From Tubiluchus corallicola (Eukaryota > Animalia > Priapulida), in NCBI GenBank assembly GCA_030141605.1, contig JAQGDQ010000043.1, positions 806,001-870,000 on the forward strand: a DNA stretch of 64,000 bases, written 5' to 3'. A model generated the notes under the pieces. It searched no databases. It saw only the letters and a program-made list of their open reading frames with translations, and was not told the origin of the DNA. A program made the translations under genes and the position numbers. The number at the start of each line of letters is the position of its first letter. Within the stretch, counting starts at the first letter, position 1. Shown one piece after another: positions 38,501 through 47,500 of the stretch.

Positions 38501-41500
38501 TAATATTCCCTTAATTTTTTTTCTGGCAATACATAAGCGCTATCTATCTTAACATTGCTCCTGAACAATTTTTATCAGCAGTAAATTGAATTTGCTCAAA
38601 TGTATGCTGCTTGCATGACTGGTATGACAACCAATCCAAATTGCATTTTGGTAATCCCTATTAATCGCCATAACCAGTTAGGGTTGCATTTTCCTAAAGG
38701 ACTGAGTTAAAATTTACATGTTGATAAAAACAGTAGAAAAAGCAGCAAATAACGAATTAAAATATTTGTCTAGATCAACATATACATCATCTGCATGGTA
38801 ATATGTAGTTTTGCTACCACAGAATATGGATTACGGAAATGTAATTTGGGCTGGTTGCTATGCCAATTGCATAAATACACTCGACGAATTCGATTTGTTG
38901 CTGTTAAAAAATTTTCAGGAGCAATGTTAGGATCAGCTGCCGCTCACAGTTTGCAGGATTAGTGCATGGGAAATACCAATGCCTATTTCATAATAGCACA
39001 GGCTACAGAACTTTCATCCAGTGGACAATGTCATTTGAAATTGAAAATTTCTTTTTTCATGTCTGCAATTAATTCATGCAATTTATTAAAATTAGAGCTT
39101 AGATATATTTATCAACAATTTTCTTAACAAACGTTTTTAAATTTTAATGAAAAACTAACCAGTTTTCACAAGGTAAAAATCCTACTTGTGTTGGCTTGTT
39201 TCACGACAGTGTGCATTGGTTTGAGCCAGCTAAGACACAATTTGCATAGAAAGAAACTGTAAAAACAGTAAATTGATGATTATTTCCCCAAAGTGCAGTT
39301 GTGCAATTAGATTTCATAACAATCCCTCACTTAATATTATTGCTGTTTATAAATAAATAATATTATTGCCGTTGGGTGGTACTACCTCACACAGTATATG
39401 TGCACATAATACTTTGTAATATGTTAGAAACTTTGTACATCTTTAACAAGACCATTGTGTAATAAATGTGTTTACGTAACCCAAATAAAATATATAATAA
39501 ACTAACCAGCAGACAAAATAACAAAAACAAAGAGAAAAAATCTAAAAAATTAATACCCAAGCATCGAAGTCTGCAAGGATAAATGCAGATTCGATTGCAC
39601 CAGAATTGCCTGAAGGCCATTAAGTGAATGAGGCTTTACAAATTTTTTTGCTACCATGCACTTTTAATTCAATTTAAAATTAATTAATTAAACAGCTCTA
39701 ATTAGTTAACTAATTACCGATTTGCTACAACTTTTTTGTTTTGGACAAAGGACATCCCTTCTAATCACCCTACCGTATTTCTACTCAACTGGGTCATGTG
39801 AACATGCAATTCATATAAATTTACTATTAACTGATTAATTAATAAAACAGCTCTAATTGATTAGCTAATTAACAAATTGCTATAAGCTCTTTGTACTGAA
39901 CCAGTGAAATCCTAACTAATCATCTGGATATAATCCATCCAAAAAGGAACTCGAGCTGATTTGTGGCGTTCCATCTTTACAGGCTGAATACCTTATGTAC
40001 TCAGATATTGTGAGCAAATTTATCCTAAGAACGCTATCGAAACCGCCTGAGAACTTGGTAAGATGTGAAGTAGCCAGCGCTGATATAGCACTAAGTCAAG
40101 CTTTGTACACAAAGTACTTTCTAGCTAAATATATAGCTAAAACTAAATGCTTTCTATGAACAGTGAAAAATATAAATATAAAATGAAATGAATGTATAAC
40201 GGCTGTGGTTAGTAGACAAGAACTGAAATATACCAAGAAAGACACTGAGGAATTCACAAAGGCAATGTAGGAAGGAAAACTACATCATACTAGTCAACTA
40301 AAAGGAAAACGGCCAGAGATAATACCACTATACCTCTATACCTAAAGCCTACTAGACTACACTCTCGGAAAATACGACGAGCACCTAGAAAGAAGAGCGC
40401 TAACATTATTGCTTGGGAGAGGTACAAAAAGTTTCATGCACCATCTGGGTCTAACGGAAATGGATCAATGTCCATGCGGTGGAGGCGCGCAAACATCAGT
40501 ACATCTAATCTTCGAATGCCAACTTATCAGAGAAGCCATATCTGCGTCAGTACCTTCAAGAGAGCCCAAAGAGATATACCGACAACGAGATATGAATATA
40601 TTTAAATTATACATAGATATTGTAAAAGATTTAGTAGAAGTTCCAAAGATGATGTAAATTAAAAACTTAGCATGAAATATGTGACTTAAACTCTGGTAAC
40701 ATAGGCAAGTTTCAATTGTATAAATTAAAATTAAATTAAACTCTAGGCCTTGGTAGAGAAAGTTTTTCGGAATGCTTTTCAATATATATAATTATCTGCA
40801 ACTGGGTCAATAGAAAATCAATTTTTGGTGAAATTATAAGCATGTGCTAAGTGTAGATGTATAACTAATATATAAATATGATGTATATATAATATATTTA
40901 GGTATATGTTTGTAAATAGAAATTTAGATAAAATGTAGTAAAGTAAAAAAAAGTAAAGTCTGTGCATCATTTTGGTTGTGATTGAACATATATAAAGCTA
41001 CACATTTAGTGAGTTTAAATTTCGATTAAAATAGTCATAATTATTTGTGATCTAATTTTTCAAAAGGAAATGAATTATCATGTAACCCTGCACATAGAGG
41101 GAAATTGTATGTATATGTATATATATATGTAATGTATGTATTTAAATAATAAAGCATAATAACAATAATAACTAATCATCACAGCAAATTTCAACTCAAT
41201 AAGATCAACTCCAGAATAGATTCTTTTGGAATTGGATCAATTTAGAATTAGTTAACTATTAAACAGCTCGAATATTAATTAACGAAGGGTGATACATTTT
41301 TGCCTTGAACCAAGGACACCCTATCCAATCACCACACCAAATTTCAGCTCAATTGGATAAGTAATTTTAGACTTACTTAAATTCATTTGGAATTAAAGAG
41401 TTGGAAAAAATGTGACGGACAGAATGACCTTGCGAAAGCCAGATGTTTTTCTAAAACCAAAACTAAAGCTGGGGAAAAGTACCTTTGTTTAATAGCGTAA

Positions 41501-44500
41501 AAAACGGTCACTAACTAGTTATTGCACTGTTCTTGCCTTTAAATTTCATGTTGTTGTTGTTATCAAGCTAAATAACCGGAGTACTAAATTACAAATCAAC
41601 TTAAATAAAATTGCTCTAAGTTAAAGAAATTTTTCGCAGACAACTTATGACATATCTTTCAAAAATACGTATTTTGGGTTTATGTGCAGATCATACGTAT
41701 AAAGAATCTTTGAAAGCAAAATTATTTTGATTAAACAAAGGTATATAGGTAAGGAATTTAATTCTCAATTTAATGCAAAATGTGCAACCAATCAGCTAAG
41801 GTCACTTACGCAAAAGTCACACAAAAGATTCAAGACTTCATTGCAAGAAGGTGCAATAGACACACACCAAAATAACATCAGGGAAATGTGACAGTCCTAG
41901 TCATAGTAAAGATAAAAGGTGAAAGGCTATTGGAATATCTGTCAGGACAAAGCTGAGACGTCACCAAGACGTCATTTTTCAAAATATGCAGAAGGGCAAA
42001 AAGTGGCTATTCATTATGTAATGTGTCGACCATCTTTTCCCACTGACTGGTCTTTAGTGCAGTAGGTCTAGTAAGTAGTAAGTATAACTAACAGAATTTC
42101 GATTTGACACTGTCCAAAGCTGCCGAACTTCCAGCCAAATACACAACTTCACATGGTGTTTTATATGCCACTGACCAGCAGTTGTAATCTTAATAATGTG
42201 AGTGCAACTTGTTTTATGAATAAAATTTACATAATATCTTCATTAAAGTTAATAGCAATACTATTACCATCTCAAATGCTGTGATATATCAATATCTTTA
42301 TATTAAAGTAGAAAAAAGTAATTAACACTTATAGACTTGGCTAAAAATTTGTGAACTTTTCTTAAACTACAAAGTGATGTTATGATAATGAATTGCCATA
42401 ACAGTTTTTGCCTTTGCTAAATAAATTTCAAATATTTCTATACTTTTATCATCTAAAATTGTATAAAACACAATATACTTCATCAGGGGCGTCGTGCACA
42501 AAAAAAAATTAGGGGGGCCCGACTGTATATAATGGCGGAACTTAATTGTTTAAAAAACGTATAATTTTGAATTCCCACACAGTATTTTGCGTGCAAGAAA
42601 AACGATTTATTTATTCCCAACTGGCATTTAACTTAAAGCTATAGCAACGGAAACTTAATTAAAATTTAATTAAGTATTTATTAACTGTCAGGAATCCAAA
42701 GATTCGGCGAAAAGACGACTACCAAAACATATGTACCTTTAACTTAATATTTTTAATAATTACTAAACTTTTTATTCCGAGGCAAGATGAAGATGTTGAA
42801 GAAACAACAAACGTTATTTTTAAATGATTCAGCAGCACAAGTCAAAGCCAACAACATAACATGAATACGTTACACGATGACTATAGGGGTATAGTAGAAA
42901 AGCAATGACAGGTATTACACCAAGATAAAACAAAGAGGTTAAAAAGCGATATACAGCGACTGAACCACTGACCCTGAAATGATCTCGATTTTCCTCCCAT
43001 TTTGGTCTTTGGGTATGCATCCACTACGTCCAGCAATAGCCCGCGACGGATGTACTCATCCTTTTGGATTCGTTCTGTTGGAATCAGAAGATTTGTGCAA
43101 GAGGAAGTGTTGCCTTTAGGGGCTTCAGACTGGCTGACCGACGTTACAGTAGATACAGACGCGCTGGATATGGGGATGAGTGTTGTGGCCATAGAACCTG
43201 GGTCGGGAACACGGTTGGACTTGAAAAATGAAGTCAGACTGGACTGCCTTGACATTGTTTAAGAAATATAGAATCACGTGAAAATTCTCGTCAGCAGAGA
43301 TTCTCCTAGCAGGAGAAAAATGGTGAAATGTGCTCAAAATCACGCCCTTTTATGCAGCAAACTCGTGGGAAAGAGTCGCTAAGGAGTAGCAAAGAGTCGG
43401 TAATGTCCAATCAGGAGGTGGCTCATCAATTTGTATCTCCCAAACCGACTCTCTGGTATTAGGCTAGCTCGACAAACTGACTCTCTGGTACTAGGCTAGC
43501 TCAACATGACTTCAATGTTTGCATTGTTTTTGCTCTATTATTTCACTTGTTCACTATTATAACACACTGCTGAACGAAGCTCAAGTGCTAACTGAGCCGT
43601 TTTGTTAACTAACAGTCTTTTGTGCAAAGACGCTAATGCTACTCAAAGAGCTGCTTCGTTAAACTGTTCCTGCCTGCCTCCTGAATAGATTACATGCAAA
43701 CAAATTAACTACATCCTGACTTCCAGGTAAACACATCTGGTCAGGCATGTATTAACAGTCAGAATAATTTAACTCAGCGACAAACTTTAATGATAAAAAA
43801 TGTTATTGGGCTACTGTACCGAAACGCTCATACTGTTCGCATTTGTGTCAAAAAGTCGGAAATAAATTTGCTTACCGTTTGCCTAAAAAATTGGGGGGGG
43901 GGGCGCCCCCCCCCCAGGCCCCTATAGCACGACGTCACTGTACTTCATAACATCAACTAATTTGGACAAAGTAAAACAGGACACATTACCCAGAACGCAT
44001 ATCAATGCGTTTACAGAAAAAAGTTAACTACAGTGTAATAATAAAATTTTGTATAGTCACAACTAAAAGTAGCATTTACCTTCACGTGCAATCTATTGCA
44101 GTTCGCTTTGGTAACTCGCAGCCATGACGGTAAATCAATTACTTCCATGAGAACATCTTCATTTAATTCTAGATCCTGTAAATCTCCTACTCCCTTAAGA
44201 GTACTCAACTGTATCCGGTCTGGTGATAAATTCTTTGCAAATCTAAAAAGCAACAGATAGCAATGAAATATAGCCCTCAACATCTCACCAATAACGTTTT
44301 GCTTTAGTGTAAATGAACTGCTGTTATAACGTAAGTTTGGACATTAATAACAGTAAAATGTGAAGCATTGCAAATTTTTAAACACCTTCTGAAACGTAAG
44401 TATCCACTTGAGATTTCTCTTAAACATGTGTGGGTTGCCATAATTAATCTTATTGCAATATGAACAAAATGTTTTAAATTTCATGCTTAGGGTATAACGA

Positions 44501-47500
44501 CAACGACAAGAAAATGTTTAGGTCAGGGGTGGGCAAACTAAGTGAGCCACACACTTAAAACTTGGATTTAATTTTAAGGCTTTTACACTGTTAATTTTTT
44601 TTTAGACAATAGCTACTGATATGGTGATAAACAGACAAAATAAAATATATAATTCTTTAGTATTGTTTAATACTATTAAGATTTAAAATACATTTCTGAA
44701 CTATAACAAACGAATGTTTTCAAACTTAAATTTAACAAAAATATAACAGTCTTCGTGAGTTTTACGCAAGAATTTTAATGAGATGAATGCAACTGAACAC
44801 AGCTTTTAACTATTTTCTTGAAATCTGGTGTAAGATTACTGTTGAAATTCGCATAACTGCATGCAAGTTGGAACCTGACAAAAGAGATCTAATCAGAGGC
44901 ACAGAAAGTAACGTACGGTAATCTTTGAATGAATGTCGCTAGATATCCATGAGAACGATCACGTGGGCTTGCCCCGCGCGGCGTGCCGTGCATTGGCAAT
45001 TTAATTGTTGTGCCAAAACATGATCAAACGTTCAATCTCTCAGAAAAGTCTTCAATGTCAGACCAGGCAACAGTGACAATTTTGTGAAAGTATTACAGAG
45101 AATTCGTCTTACAGTAATTGTATGGAGTTTCAGCACGAATGGTAAGAATCTTTTTTTTGGTCGTAACAGGTACATTTTCCTAACATTTTGGAAATAAAAT
45201 ATTAGTAGAGGGAGGGCACATGTGGCCCACAGTACACAATTTGCCCACCCCTGGTTTAGGTGATCTGTTACTTTAATGTAATTTAATAGTGTTTAAACGA
45301 GAGTGAAATCAGAAAAGGCTCAAAATAGAATTTTACACCTAAATTTTCATTATGTAGCTGCTTCGTCAGTTACTTCAAAAATCTCGAAGTTTTAATACTT
45401 AGAAATTCATTCTTAAAAGTTATAAGAAGATTAATTCCAATTTCTAATGTTGAAGTCCAATTTCTAATGTCGAACTTTTTGTAGTTCAAAATGCTAATAT
45501 GAGTAATAACTTATTAATAGCATTTTATATAGTTTATTTATTTATTCACGCTTTATTTCAGCTGAAATAAAATTACCCATATTTTAATATTAAAAAGAAA
45601 GGCACGTAGTTACTCAAGCAAGCCCTCGTTTGATACAGATCACTTTACATTAGCATGTTACATAATTAGATAACACACCATAAACACTTTGTGCAAAAGG
45701 ATAACACTGTGTGATACTAGTACTGAAAACAAAGCATATTCTGAATGTCTACACTGCATAAACCTACAGTCATTTTACGGTTTTTACCTTAAAAATTTAA
45801 ATTACTTTTAACTAAAAGTGAGACTTAAAAGCATATTTCAACTCATCTCATCCCACTGACACATCATAAGGCATAAATTGTAATGGAGTGATAACCAATA
45901 TTCATACAAATTTTATGCATTGGATCTGTTTTTCTGCAGCTTATTAAAAATTTCAGTTTATTGCTTTGAAAGTGTTTTGAAGACCAAAGGCCAACAAGTA
46001 CAATCTAAACATATTAAGCACCACTCAGCTTAATGAAAATGCATATTAAAATTCGGCCTGCATTGGTCAAGCAACCTCACTAGATCAAAGATGTGAAATG
46101 TCTTAATGGACAGAGGAAATAATAGATTATTTCTATTTAGACATCTGTTTCAAACTTTTGCACAATAACAACAACAAGAGAAGCATTCAATACTCAGTAC
46201 CACTCGCTGGCAATTTCATAAGTCAGTTTTCACATAAAGATTGTAAATAAAATTCAAGCTGCGCCAAAGACTGCATGTCAATAAATTCAACTTAAGCTTT
46301 ACTCCAGTCGCCACGCTATTGCACAAGTGCATCAAGTTTCAGTTGCATAGGTTTAGTGGTTTTAGTGATACTGCAAAAACCAAAAGTCAGCTGTATGACC
46401 TCAGCGTTCAACTTTGTAACCTGGTACATTTTTGTTACTCAAACTAATCTTTCTAATCTGATTAATACCTGAATTTCTTTGCAGCGAATAAGAAAATTAG
46501 ATTTAAAAATACAGAATTTTTTATGTACTTTGGCACATTGCTCACTGGAATCTAGCACTACAGATAATAGAACTAACTTTGAATTAATTTATGAACCTAT
46601 TAGAACTATAAAATATAAATGTGATTACAGGTTATTGCTAAAATCTGCAGTATAAAGCCAAATTTAATTCTATTAAAACTACATAATATTTTATATAACT
46701 TAAAAAATTAGACTTTATAAAAAAGTGCACCGATCGTACTGACAGAATTCCAAACATTTATAATGAAAGCATGCCCAAATAGATTTAGGTCATAACTATT
46801 ATTTTTGTAAAAAAAAATGCTACTGGATTTTTTTATTAGAAATTCAAGCTCAGAATAGGTTATAAGGCATTCGAAGCTATAGGAAGATCTACAGTGAGCC
46901 TGACAGCAGTAGATGAATTTATTTTGAAAAGCAAATTCATTATGCAACTGCTGCTTTATAGATACATTGGGAGGACTGAAAGCATGAAGAATGCTAATTG
47001 TAACTATCAAGCTAATAGACCATCGAAGAGTTAAATCAGATGGTCTATTCATTTATTCTCTATAACATTTATTCAGACTGAACAGTTAATTAAAAACATT
47101 GTTTACTGGGGGAACATTCTATGTCCATTTTTATTTTCCATTTAATTTATGCATTAAAAAATAACTGAAAGAATAAGATTTCATGGTAACATAGCACAGT
47201 ACAGATGGCACATGTCTGTAAAAGGGTTGTGCAGAATCTAAAAAAACAACGTTAGACAGTTTCCACTGCAGTCAAAGTCATAATCACAACAGTACGTTTC
47301 GCTGCAGTTTCTGATTCTTCTGATAAATTTTTAAATAATTTAAAAGATTTAAATTCTTTAAACATGAGAGGAGACAAAACACACAATTACAAACTAAAGA
47401 ACTCGTGTTGTTTCTATCTAACTCAAAATTGTGTAGAACTGTCAATGCTGACTATTAAAAAATCTACAATCACCTTGTGGTATTGTATTATAATTCACAT

